Notes under the pieces: generated by a model
What the model was told of the DNA's origin: nothing
Seen by the model: only the letters and a program-made list of their open reading frames with translations
Database searches by the model: none
Shown: piece by piece, positions 17,718 to 26,392 of the stretch
How positions within the stretch are numbered: position 1 is the stretch's first letter
How the letters are laid out: every line of letters starts with the position of its first letter
From: Candidatus Moraniibacteriota bacterium
GTDB lineage: Bacteria > Patescibacteriota > Minisyncoccia > Moranbacterales > UBA1568
Direction of reading: 5' to 3'
NCBI GenBank assembly: GCA_013336285.1
Contig: JAAXTX010000002.1
Span: 13,730 to 77,729 of the forward strand
DNA: 64,000 bases
Program-made: the position numbers and the translations under genes

Positions 17718-18209
17718 TTATCGCCGTTCCCTATTGTGAAGCCCGTCCCGGTTCCGGGAAAATATCTCCCATCCCTTGCGGATATCATCCCGTACTCCGG
17801 GAATGAAGTCAAATCCGGAAAGGTCTTCGATCGACTGCCAGCGACATTCGGAGTGTTCGTGTTCATCGCATACGGGCTCCGTCCGCCCTTCGCCATACCC
17901 CTCACAGAAACAGACGAACTTTATGCCCGGGATCTTTTTCTGCGACAGGTCCGGTACGGCGATCTCATACGTCGAGAACGGTATCGCTCCGCCGATACGG
18001 ATGTCGAATTCCTCGCGCATCTGCCGGACGACCGCTTCCTCGAAATTCTCACCGGCGTGTACCTGACCGCCACCGCATTCCCACTGCCCGGGATAGAGTG
18101 CCCGGGTCTCTTGCCGTTTCGCGATCAGCGCGACGATACCGGCCTCCGTCTCCCGGAGACAGATGCCTGCCACATGTACCTCGATGAGTTCACGATGATC
18201 TTCCCTCAT
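17718..18209 (-). CDS. NUDIX hydrolase (MutT-like)
   Basis: NUDIX box GGGQVHAGENFEEAVVRQMREEFDI. Confidence 0.8.
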   Translation of the reverse strand: MREDHRELIEVHVAGICLRETEAGIVALIAKRQETRALYPGQWECGGGQVHAGENFEEAVVRQMREEFDIRIGGAIPFSTYEIAVPDLSQKKIPGIKFVCFCEGYGEGRTEPVCDEHEHSECRWQSIEDLSGFDFIPGVRDDIRKGWEIFSRNRDGLHNRERR

Positions 18210-18226
18210 ATGTCGACAGTATAGCG

Positions 18227-18838
18227 CTATCGATTCTCGGACAACAGGTGTGCCCTGATCTCGGAGTCTATCTCGACTCGGGTCACCGACCCCGTCTCGG
18301 GATACCAGCTGTCTTTGCCCGCACTCTCACCGACAGTCTCTCCGAACAAGGCGCCGTGCAGCTGTTCAAGGGGATCGCCATGCGAAACGAGAGCAATCCG
18401 ACATCCGGCGAATTCACGAAGTACGTCCCGGACGGATTCGACCATCCGCTGCCGCATAGCCTGATACCCTTCGGTCCCCTCCTCGACATTGCCATCAATA
18501 TATGATGACAGGGCGGGGTGTCTTTCCCTGAACTCGTCGATGGGCCTCCCGTTCCATATGCCATTATCGGATTCCCGCAGTCGTTCGTCGAACCGTATCG
18601 ACAAGCCACCGCATGCCTCTGAAACGATTTCCGCCGTTTCGCGGGTACGCCTCATGGGCGACGAAAAAAGAGCATCGATTCCCTCTGCCGCAACCACTCC
18701 CGCAGACAGTGACACTTGCCGTCGTCCAATCTCTGTCAGGCCGAAAGCGGGATTTCCGGGGAACGAATCCAAAATGCCGCGGGTATTCGATTCCGCCTCT
18801 CCATGCCGTATAAGAAAAAAGACTGTCACACGTTCCAT
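18227..18838 (-). CDS. Histidine phosphatase family protein (phosphoglycerate mutase-like)
   Basis: The RHG motif FFLIRHGEAESN, a downstream RR and TAE; the start is probably MERVTVFF... Confidence 0.7.
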   Translation of the reverse strand: MERVTVFFLIRHGEAESNTRGILDSFPGNPAFGLTEIGRRQVSLSAGVVAAEGIDALFSSPMRRTRETAEIVSEACGGLSIRFDERLRESDNGIWNGRPIDEFRERHPALSSYIDGNVEEGTEGYQAMRQRMVESVRDVLREFAGCRIALVSHGDPLEQLHGALFGETVGESAGKDSWYPETGSVTRVEIDSEIRAHLLSENR

Positions 18839-18878
18839 ATCGTTAACAGTCCATAAATCGAAGGATGTAGAAGAAACT

Positions 18879-19049
18879 TCAATAGGACGCATGCGCCGTC
18901 TTCACCGCGGAAGCGAGCCCCTTGGCTCCCCCGTGCGCGGCTGACGATATGTCGATGCCTGCCGCTATTATAAGCGACAGCACGACCGGAACGACGATCT
19001 TCACCGCGAAGAACACCGTCTGCTCATCTTTTCCAAACTTCCGCGCCAT
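18879..19049 (-). CDS. Possible small membrane protein (56 aa)
   Basis: MARKFGKDEQTVFFAVKIVVPVVLSLIIAAGIDISS... has one predicted transmembrane helix, but there is no other support. Confidence 0.25.
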   Translation of the reverse strand: MARKFGKDEQTVFFAVKIVVPVVLSLIIAAGIDISSAAHGGAKGLASAVKTAHASY

Positions 19050-19154
19050 AGAAGTGAGATGAGAAAGGGTACAAAACAAACTGCACCGTCATCGTATCAT
19101 ACCGTCTTTTTTTTATCAAGCTGCACCGATAATCAGACAGCGAGACCTCACCTG

Positions 19155-20768
19155 TCACATCTTTTCCGGAGCGGAAACGCCGATAAGCCGGAGTGTTTCG
19201 GCAAGCACGACACGAACGGCCTCTACGAGCGCGAGTCTGGCCCCGGAAAGCTCCGGATTTCCCTCGTCGATCACGCGACAATCGGCATAAAAGGAGTGGA
19301 GTCGGTCAGCGAGCCGCATCGCGTACTGCGGGAGATGGTGAACGGCACCGGTTTCCGCCACCTCGACGCAAAGCTCCGGAAACATAAGCAGCTCACGAAA
19401 CAGGATCCGCTCTTTCGGATGAATAAGAAGCGATACATCGGCATCTTTCCCCGTCAATCCGGCCTCTTCGGCCTTTCGGAGGATACTTGAAAGCCGCGCA
19501 TGCGCGTACTGGACATAATAAACGGGGTTCTTCTCGGAACGTTCCTCGGCGAGACCGAGGTCAAAGTTCATGTGCGAATCAAGCGAAGACATGAGAAAAA
19601 AGAACCTCGCCACATCGTGACCCACCAGATCGACCAGTTCGTCGATGGTGACCACGTTTCCCGCGCGCTTGGACATACGGACCTCCTTGCCATCCTTCAC
19701 GAGCCGGACCAGCTGAACGATGAAAATATCGAATGGACCGGAAAATCCCAGTGCCTGAGCGGCCGCCTTGATACGGGTCACATATCCATGATGGTCGGCG
19801 CCCAAGGTCAGTACGAGCCGATCGGCACCGCGCTCCACCTTTGAGAGCAGATATCCGCAATCCGAAGCGAAGTACGTCCGATCCCCATCGGATTTCAGAA
19901 GCGCCCGATCCTTGTCATCGCCGAAATCGGTCGTCCGAAGCATCAAGGCCCCGTCCTGTTCATAGGTCAGTTCCCTTTCGCGGAGAATCGCGATAGCGCG
20001 ATCCACTAACCCTTTCTCGACGATATCCTTCAGCTCTGAAATGAACGAGTCATACCGGATATGCATCTTCTCATCAAGCGTCCTCCTGATATATTCCTTC
20101 ATGATGAAATCCGCCGCGGCGAGACCGACCGCCCGCACACGGACATCATCGACACCGGATTCATCTCCTATGTCAAGCGCCGTTCGGACCTCGTCGATAT
20201 ACTCCCCGCCGTACACGGCTTCCGAATCTCGCAAGACACTGTGTCCGAGCTTCATCACCTGTCCACCGCCGTCGTTCACATAATATTCGCTGGTCACATC
20301 GAAGCCGACCTTACGCAAGACGTTCGAAAAGGTGTCCCCAAAGAACCCCCCTCGCCCGTTCCCAAGATGCATCGGCCCCGTCGGATTCGCCGAAACGAAC
20401 TCATTGTTCACCGACACCCCTTCACCGATACCGCTGTCGCCATACTTTCCGCCACACTCGAGAATCTCGTTCACGACGGCGGCAAGCATCGACTGCGGAA
20501 GCGTGATGTTTATGTATCCCGGCGCGGCGACCTCGACCATCCCGTTCTCGACGGACGTCAGTTTCCCGACGATAAGCTCTGCCAGTTCCATCGGCGGTTT
20601 CTGCGCAAGTTTCGAAAGTGCGAGAGCAGCATTGGTCGCGAATTCCCCGTGACGTTCATCCCGGGTCCATTCGATGCGTATTTCGGGAACCTCAAAACGA
20701 GGAAGCAGATCTTCCGCCTGCAATTCCCCTATAGCCTCACGAATCTTGCCTTCCCATTGGGACTTCAT
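19155..20768 (-). CDS. argS: Arginyl-tRNA synthetase
   Basis: 537 aa with HIGH as PTGPMHLGNGRGG, an N-terminal Arg_tRNA_synt_N-like domain and a C-terminal DALR-type domain. Confidence 0.9.
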   Translation of the reverse strand: MKSQWEGKIREAIGELQAEDLLPRFEVPEIRIEWTRDERHGEFATNAALALSKLAQKPPMELAELIVGKLTSVENGMVEVAAPGYINITLPQSMLAAVVNEILECGGKYGDSGIGEGVSVNNEFVSANPTGPMHLGNGRGGFFGDTFSNVLRKVGFDVTSEYYVNDGGGQVMKLGHSVLRDSEAVYGGEYIDEVRTALDIGDESGVDDVRVRAVGLAAADFIMKEYIRRTLDEKMHIRYDSFISELKDIVEKGLVDRAIAILRERELTYEQDGALMLRTTDFGDDKDRALLKSDGDRTYFASDCGYLLSKVERGADRLVLTLGADHHGYVTRIKAAAQALGFSGPFDIFIVQLVRLVKDGKEVRMSKRAGNVVTIDELVDLVGHDVARFFFLMSSLDSHMNFDLGLAEERSEKNPVYYVQYAHARLSSILRKAEEAGLTGKDADVSLLIHPKERILFRELLMFPELCVEVAETGAVHHLPQYAMRLADRLHSFYADCRVIDEGNPELSGARLALVEAVRVVLAETLRLIGVSAPEKM

Positions 20769-20923
20769 GCCCTTATCCTACGGGAAAAATCCCCCGACGT
20801 GAAGACTTGCGCATTTTCATTCCTCATGTTATAAAATTCCGTGCGGACCCCCATTTTCATTAACATCATCAGGAATCAGTCACATCATCACAAGCGGCTG
20901 ATCCTGCTTCAACAGGAGCATCT

Positions 20924-21223
20924 ATGCCGAAGCGGAAACCGGGAGCCGGAAAGAAAGGATCGAAAAGAATCGTTCAGCCGGAAAAGAGTCATGGGAACAA
21001 GGGAAATTTACAGCATGAGATCGAAGACAGCCTTTCACGGCAGGTATCGGAAAAACGGAAAATCGTAAAAGCTGATAAATTTCAGGGTCTCATCGGAAAA
21101 TTACAGCGGGGAGAATCCATCCTCACCGATGAAGACTTCAAACGACTCGAGATCAACAGCGAAGCGAGCAAACGCAGTGACATCGAAGCGCAGGAACTGG
21201 CTCGGACCTACGTCGTCATGTGA
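20924..21223 (+). CDS. Hypothetical small basic protein
   Basis: 99 aa with a Lys/Arg-rich N-terminus. GGAG sits 6 nt upstream of the ATG, and a strong terminator follows. Confidence 0.5.
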   Translation: MPKRKPGAGKKGSKRIVQPEKSHGNKGNLQHEIEDSLSRQVSEKRKIVKADKFQGLIGKLQRGESILTDEDFKRLEINSEASKRSDIEAQELARTYVVM

Positions 21224-21242
21224 TTCAGCACCGATAAGCATC

Positions 21243-21278
21243 GCCGTCCGTCCCACGTGGGATCGGGCGGCTTTTTTT
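21243..21278 (+). terminator. Intrinsic terminator (TCCCACGTGGGA palindrome within a GC stem, followed by T7)
   Basis: GCCGTCCGTCCCACGTGGGATCGGGCGGCTTTTTTT. Confidence 0.6.
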
Positions 21279-21323
21279 CTTATCCGTCTTGTCGCGGACA
21301 TCGTATCGCGCTAGAGTGAAGCC

Positions 21324-21770
21324 ATGAAAACACTCTCCATAAACAGACGCGCCACGTTCGATTACGCCCTTACCGACCGGTATGAGGCGGGTTTGATGTT
21401 GACCGGTGCGGAGGTGAAATCAGCCAAGGCGGGTCATATGAGCCTCAAGGGAAGTTTCGTGGTCGCCCACGGGAACGAGCTCTTCCTGATGAACTCTCTC
21501 ATTTCGGCATACCCACTTGCACACAAGGACACCAGACACGAGGACCGACGTTCGCGGAAGCTTCTCCTCCGCCGTTCGGAAATTCGCTCGCTCATAGGAA
21601 AATCGCGCGTCGAAGGCTTGACTTTGGTCCCTGTTCGGGTGTACACTAAGAACCGACTCGTGAAGCTTGAGTTTGCCGTAGGTAAGGGGAAAAAACAGAT
21701 CGACAAACGGGAGACCATCAAGAAGCGCGAGGCCCGGAAAGACATCGGCCGTGCCATGCGGGAAAAGTGA
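21324..21770 (+). CDS. smpB: SsrA-binding protein SmpB
   Basis: 148 aa with FDYALTDRYEAGLMLTGAEVKS...VRVYTKNRLVKLEFAVGKGKK, the typical SmpB fold and a basic C-terminal tail. Confidence 0.9.
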   Translation: MKTLSINRRATFDYALTDRYEAGLMLTGAEVKSAKAGHMSLKGSFVVAHGNELFLMNSLISAYPLAHKDTRHEDRRSRKLLLRRSEIRSLIGKSRVEGLTLVPVRVYTKNRLVKLEFAVGKGKKQIDKRETIKKREARKDIGRAMREK

Positions 21771-21849
21771 AGTTCCCATACCCAAGCATCCGATCCCCGA
21801 TACGGGATCCGCGGCTTGGAACTTGGAATTTCCGTCAGGTGACGACAAT

Positions 21850-22246
21850 GGGGTTGTTTAGTTTCGACAGCGAGTTCATTCAGAACCTGCAAGCCGATGA
21901 TGGGGAGTCATCGTAAAAAATCCCCACACACGATATCTGCCAACATCGTATCAAAGGTGAAGATGGCGTTCGCTAACGCGTTCTCCCCGTCTTTCGCTTC
22001 AGCTCTCGCCTAAGGGCGTGAGCCATCGGACCCCCGATGTCTGATAGGGGTCATCCGGTGTCATATCATCAGACGGACCGACAGGAGTCTTTCCTCCATT
22101 CACTTCGTCGGCCCGGCATGAAAAGAGGCCCTGGGAAGGTTTCCGTCCGCCTTTCCGCTTTCCGGGGAACCAAAGGCTGACTATGCTTGTAGACGGTTTT
22201 GGAAAAACCCGTTTGGACATGGGTGCGATTCCCATCAACTCCACAC
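21850..22246 (+). ncRNA. ssrA: tmRNA (ssrA)
   Basis: The 5' end GGGGTTGTTTAGTTTCGACAGCG matches the tmRNA 5' consensus GGGGCUGAUUCUGGAUUCGACGGG. The 3' end has the T-arm GGGTGCGATTCCCAT and the acceptor strand CAACTCC+A pairing with GGGGUUG, including the G3:U pair. An internal in-frame tag reading frame ...AFANAFSPSFASALA* ends about 21960-22012. It sits immediately downstream of smpB. Confidence 0.7.
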
Positions 22247-22410
22247 AGAAGCTGTGAAAGCTTCAAAAGCTTCTCTAGCTGCAAAGCTTCTGAAGCCGAT
22301 GAGGCTTATCAGCACAGCAAAGGTAATAGCTCATGAAGCTTCCGAAGCTCATGAAGCTTGAAATTTAAAGCTTACGAAGCTATAGAAGCTTCCGGAGTTC
22401 ATGAAGCTAT
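22247..22410. repeat. Low-complexity tract dense in GAAGCTTC/AAGCTT (HindIII-site) palindromes between tmRNA and infC
   Basis: At least 8 AAGCTT hexamers and repeated CATGAAGCT/CGAAGCT units in about 160 bp. The first unit GAAGCTgtgaaAGCTTC forms a hairpin. Confidence 0.5.
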
Positions 22411-22416
22411 CACACT

Positions 22417-22965
22417 ATGAGACGCAGACGCAGCAGAAGGCCGAAACCGAAGCCGCAGATAAAGCAGAAGTTCCGGCATAACGAACAGATAACCGCTCCG
22501 GTCATTTTTCTGATCGGCGCGGACGGCGAATCGCTCGGCGAGATGCCGGTCAGCCAGGCGATAGAAATTGCGCGCGCCGACGACCTCGACCTGATCGAGG
22601 TGTCGCCTCAAGCGAATCCACCGGTGTGCAAGATTCTCGAATACGGCAAGTTCCAGTACCAGCAGACCAAGAAGGAACAGCAGGCGAAGAGCAATCAGAA
22701 GAAAGTCGATATCAAGGGCATCCGCATCGGACTCCGCGTCGACACGCACGATCTTCTCTTCAAGAAGGATCAGGCGGAGAAATTCCTTTCGAAAGGCCAC
22801 AAAGTGAAGATCGAACTCATCCTCCGCGGTCGGGAGAAGGCGATGCGAGACCGTGCCAAGGAAGCCATGAAGGAATTCCTTGCGATGCTCACCGTTCCCT
22901 ACAAGGTCGAGGAAGAGATCAAGGGGATGCGAAACGGGATCAGTATGGTCATCATTCCGGAATAA
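22417..22965 (+). CDS. infC: Translation initiation factor IF-3
   Basis: A basic N-terminal extension is followed by INEQITAPVIFLIGADGESLGEM and the IF3 N- and C-domains. It sits upstream of rpmI-rplT. Confidence 0.85.
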   Translation: MRRRRSRRPKPKPQIKQKFRHNEQITAPVIFLIGADGESLGEMPVSQAIEIARADDLDLIEVSPQANPPVCKILEYGKFQYQQTKKEQQAKSNQKKVDIKGIRIGLRVDTHDLLFKKDQAEKFLSKGHKVKIELILRGREKAMRDRAKEAMKEFLAMLTVPYKVEEEIKGMRNGISMVIIPE

Positions 22966-22992
22966 CAGCATATACAAGCATAAGACAACCGT

Positions 22993-23190
22993 ATGAAGCA
23001 GAAGACGAAGAAATCTGTCGCGAAGAAGATCATGGTAACCGGAAGCGGGAAACTCATGCGTCGCGCCACAGGACAGAACCACTACAATTCCCGCTACTCC
23101 GGGACCGAGATCAGCGCGAAGCGCCGCGATGTCGGATTCAAGCTCGCGAAGGAGGAACAGAACACGAAGCGGGCCCTTCCGTACGCGTAA
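22993..23190 (+). CDS. rpmI: 50S ribosomal protein L35
   Basis: 65 aa MKQKTKKSVAKKIMVTGSGKLMRR... Confidence 0.85.
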   Translation: MKQKTKKSVAKKIMVTGSGKLMRRATGQNHYNSRYSGTEISAKRRDVGFKLAKEEQNTKRALPYA

Positions 23191-23202
23191 GACACCGTCC
23201 GA

Positions 23203-23231
23203 TTGACTTTTCCCTCCGTCTCAATTAGAAT
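23203..23231 (+). promoter_or_regulatory. Internal promoter TTGACT-N17-TAGAAT upstream of rplT
   Basis: TTGACTtttccctccgtctcaatTAGAAT. Confidence 0.4.
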
Positions 23232-23268
23232 CCACAGACATTTCGTAATCAGGAATTCCTAGAATCTT

Positions 23269-23619
23269 ATGACCCGAGTGAAGCGCGGCGTAGCCGCCAA
23301 CAAACGACGCAAGAACGTCCTCGAGATGGCCAAGGGGTATCGCTGGGGTCGCAGTCGGCAGTATGCCGCGGCAAAACAGGCCGTCATGAAAGCCGGCGCC
23401 TATGCCTATCGCGATCGCCGCAACAAGAAGAGAACGTTCCGCTCGCTCTGGATCATCCGTCTCGGCAACGCACTCCGCGCCTTCGACACGAGTTACAGCG
23501 CGTTCATCGGAATCCTGAAGGCGAAGAGTATCGATCTCGATCGGAAGGCCCTCTCGGATCTCGCCGTACGCGACGCTGGAGCCTTCAAGGCCCTTTTCGA
23601 GAAGATCAAGAACACCTAG
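23269..23619 (+). CDS. rplT: 50S ribosomal protein L20
   Basis: 116 aa MTRVKRGVAANKRRKNVLEMAKGYRWGRSRQY... Confidence 0.9.
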   Translation: MTRVKRGVAANKRRKNVLEMAKGYRWGRSRQYAAAKQAVMKAGAYAYRDRRNKKRTFRSLWIIRLGNALRAFDTSYSAFIGILKAKSIDLDRKALSDLAVRDAGAFKALFEKIKNT

Positions 23620-23637
23620 TCCCAAATGGCCTCCCAC

Positions 23638-23671
23638 TGAAAATCCTCCGTTTGTACGGAGGATTTTTTTT
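23638..23671. terminator. Bidirectional intrinsic terminator (ATCCTCCG-TTTGTA-CGGAGGAT flanked by an A-run and T8)
   Basis: A perfect 8-bp stem with T8 on the plus strand and an A-tract on the other side. It ends both rplT and the convergent VanZ-like gene. Confidence 0.65.
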
Positions 23672-23691
23672 GATGAATGGATCACCGATCA

Positions 23692-24135
23692 TCACTTTTT
23701 CGGAAATACAGATGTAAAGAAATTCCCACCGGATTTTCGGACCGAAACGGCAACGATAAGAAGGATCCCGAGAAAGATACCGACCAGGTCGATACCGATA
23801 TCGGAGAGCTTCCCTTCGCGACCCGGAACGAAAAGTTGGTGTATCTCGTCCGAAAGGGCATAGAGAAGCGAGAGCGAGGCGATGAGAGCCATCTGCGCTC
23901 CGAGCCGTTCACGAATGAACGTCCGGCGAAGCACGTTGAAAACGAGCAGGGAGAGAACGAGATATTCGAAGACATGTGCGCCTTTCCTCTCCAGAAGGCT
24001 GTCGAAGGGTGCCAACGAAGCCGACGTCGTTCCGGACATCGAGGAAAAATAGAAAATGACACTCATCCAGAGAACGAGTGCCGTGACAGACCATCGGTTC
24101 ATATCAGTCTTGCGCATAGCGGAAAGCTTCGACAT
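23692..24135 (-). CDS. VanZ-like family membrane protein
   Basis: 147 aa with 4 transmembrane segments and the motifs AHVFEYLVLSLLV and SDEIHQLFVPGREGKLSDIGIDLVG. Confidence 0.55.
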   Translation of the reverse strand: MSKLSAMRKTDMNRWSVTALVLWMSVIFYFSSMSGTTSASLAPFDSLLERKGAHVFEYLVLSLLVFNVLRRTFIRERLGAQMALIASLSLLYALSDEIHQLFVPGREGKLSDIGIDLVGIFLGILLIVAVSVRKSGGNFFTSVFPKK

Positions 24136-24136
24136 T

Positions 24137-24280
24137 CACGCCCTCCCGGACATCTTCCGTATCTTATCCTTGGCGTTCCGGACAAGCGGGAACAGGATAT
24201 AGAACGGCAGCCAGAGCCAGAGCGTCGCATCCAAAAAATCCTCAAACCGCGTATTCAGGTCTTTCGTCACTTTTCCCATA
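24137..24280 (-). CDS. Possible small membrane protein (47 aa) translationally coupled to the VanZ-like gene
   Basis: MGKVTKDLNTRFEDFLDATLWLWLPFYILFPLVRNAKDKIRKMSGRA. Its TGA overlaps the VanZ ATG (TGAATG). Confidence 0.3.
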
Positions 24281-24326
24281 TATTTCTTCGAGTCTATTGA
24301 TTCTCCCCTTCATTTCGCACGGACCT

Positions 24327-25040
24327 TTATCGTCGACTGTCCGCGATCTCATATATGACGTCCTTCTTCTCGACGACGATCCGCCATCCCTCCTTTTCCG
24401 CGACCTTCTTCAGGTTCTGATTCGGATTGAACGCTATCGGATTCTCGACGATCTCCAGGATACTGATGTCAGACTCGGTATCGCCGATTCCGTACGATTC
24501 GTCGAGATCGAGTCCATGCTCACTCAGATAGGTCTTCAGGACCTCACCCTTCGCCTTGGACGGCTCGAATACCGTCTCACCCGTATAGAGGCCGTTATCA
24601 TCCTTCTCGTACACGCTTCCGAATACGAAATCAAACTTGAGATAATCCCGGTTGTATTCCTCTACGATCTCGATCGGAGATCCGGAAACCGCGATTATGT
24701 GATACCCCTCCGCACGGAACTTCCTGATAAGTTCCTCTGCGAAGATATACGTGCGCTTCATCTGGAACGGCACGACGATACGGCTCGCCTCGCGGGCCTT
24801 CTCCTCCGAGACGCCGCGGATATGCTCGGCGTAGAGCGCGACAAGCGCGCGACGGTAATCCTCGTAGGTCCCCTCATGTTCCAGCCAGTCCGTATAGATT
24901 TCCGTCAGCCGTTTACGGACCCCGGCCGGAAATGCGCCGATCCACGCGAGCTCGTTGATGAGTTCGAAATGTAGATTCTTTCTGAAAATGGTTCCGTCGA
25001 TGTCAAAAACCGCGATTTTCGTTCGGCCATTCTTATCCAT
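24327..25040 (-). CDS. HAD-superfamily hydrolase (subfamily IB, phosphoserine-phosphatase-like)
   Basis: Motif I is IAVFDIDGTI and motif IV is GDTESDISILE. Confidence 0.8.
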   Translation of the reverse strand: MDKNGRTKIAVFDIDGTIFRKNLHFELINELAWIGAFPAGVRKRLTEIYTDWLEHEGTYEDYRRALVALYAEHIRGVSEEKAREASRIVVPFQMKRTYIFAEELIRKFRAEGYHIIAVSGSPIEIVEEYNRDYLKFDFVFGSVYEKDDNGLYTGETVFEPSKAKGEVLKTYLSEHGLDLDESYGIGDTESDISILEIVENPIAFNPNQNLKKVAEKEGWRIVVEKKDVIYEIADSRR

Positions 25041-25056
25041 ATGGGTACATGCTGTA

Positions 25057-26391
25057 TTAGTTCATTCTTTTCAGGAAGAGACTGAAATGCGATCCGACAC
25101 CTTTTATGCTTTCTACCTCGAGGTCACCTTCCATCTTCCTCGCGATTTCCCGCGATATCCAAAGACCGAGCCCCGTCCCCGTGATTTGTTCAGTCTGTTC
25201 CGACTTCACCCGATAGAATTTCGAGAACAGATTCTTCAGATCCTCGGAAGATATACCCAGTCCGGTATCCGCAACCGTGACGATCACCCGGCCCGCACGT
25301 TCCTTGACCGTCACGGCGACCGTTCCTTTCGGGGTATATTTCACAGCATTGGATAAAAGGTTCACCAGTATCTGCTTCACGCGCTCGGGATCCGCATATA
25401 CGGCCGGAAAGGCCGCATCCTCGAAAAGAAACTTCAGCCCTTTCTCCTGGGCGATTATACCATAATCGACGATCAACGGCTTCAGAATTCCTCCGAGGTC
25501 CGTTTCCGTCATCCGCATCGGCAACCGACCCTGCTCAAGCCTGGACACGTCAAGAAGGTCGTCCACGAGAAGCGTCAACCTGTCCGCATTCATCGAAATT
25601 TTCCCGATATAGTCCTTCCTCTCCTCCGGACCGCACTCCGAACCGAGCAAATCGACGTATCCGCGAATTATTGTCATCGGGCTTTTCAATTCATGACTCG
25701 CCATGGAAATGAAATCGTCCTTCATCCGGTCCACCTCCTCCAGTTCAAGCGCCCGTATCGCGTATCGCGAAAATCGAAGATGATGCAGAAGCAACAGAAA
25801 CACCAGAAAAAGAGTGACGAAAGCGACACCGTAAACCCGGTCGATCGCGGACCGGACGAACGCATCGTTCTCAGCGAGAGAAAACCTGAAAAAGACAAGC
25901 CCTTTCCTTTCTCCGTCGGAATCGATGCGACGGAAGATATTCCAATATCTCACTCCCGAATCGTTGCTGATATATGCGGAACCCGCTTCCTCTTCCCACG
26001 CGAGAAAATACGGAAATTCCGACCGAATGTTTCCAACATCTTCCTGATCCGTAGATGCGATCGACCGGAAGCCTTCCCCGTTCTCAGATCGCACGTAGAC
26101 GATGATGGCGGCGATATCAGACTCCCCCAATTTCAACTCCTTCACTTTTTGCTGAAGGCGATCTGGATTTGAAAGCAGATCGGAAGAAAGCGTCCCAAAA
26201 ACCTCTTCGGCGAGTCTTGCCTTGCTCAAAAGCAACGCGTCGGTGCTCTCCTCGAATTTCTTCAGCGAATAGTAACTGTTCCAGAATATGACAGCCGTTA
26301 CCACAAGTATCAGGAAAATCGAATAGACGACAACTGATTGTTTTCGAATTAGGGGAAGCGGTTTCATGGGCGTAGATCGGTTATTTCTCAC
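25057..26391 (-). CDS. Sensor histidine kinase (two TM helices flanking a periplasmic sensor, HisKA plus HATPase_c)
   Basis: H-box SHELKSPMTIIRGYVDLL; N, G1 and G2 boxes (NLLSNAVKYT, DTGLGI, GTGLGL). No response regulator is adjacent. Confidence 0.85.
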   Translation of the reverse strand: MRNNRSTPMKPLPLIRKQSVVVYSIFLILVVTAVIFWNSYYSLKKFEESTDALLLSKARLAEEVFGTLSSDLLSNPDRLQQKVKELKLGESDIAAIIVYVRSENGEGFRSIASTDQEDVGNIRSEFPYFLAWEEEAGSAYISNDSGVRYWNIFRRIDSDGERKGLVFFRFSLAENDAFVRSAIDRVYGVAFVTLFLVFLLLLHHLRFSRYAIRALELEEVDRMKDDFISMASHELKSPMTIIRGYVDLLGSECGPEERKDYIGKISMNADRLTLLVDDLLDVSRLEQGRLPMRMTETDLGGILKPLIVDYGIIAQEKGLKFLFEDAAFPAVYADPERVKQILVNLLSNAVKYTPKGTVAVTVKERAGRVIVTVADTGLGISSEDLKNLFSKFYRVKSEQTEQITGTGLGLWISREIARKMEGDLEVESIKGVGSHFSLFLKRMN

Positions 26392-26392
26392 T

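Noticed and set aside
18879-19079. Full 66-aa version of the small ORF starting MFCTLSHL
   Set aside because: The first 10 codons overlap the 3' end of the histidine-phosphatase gene, so only the shorter MARKFGK... form is retained, and at low confidence.
22399-23082. 227-aa minus-strand ORF and 200-aa plus-strand ORF at 22626-23228
   Set aside because: They overlap the conserved infC and rpmI genes in other frames.
23677-24300. 207-aa plus-strand ORF; 225-aa ORF at 24297-24974
   Set aside because: Antisense to the VanZ-like and HAD hydrolase genes, which have clear family motifs.
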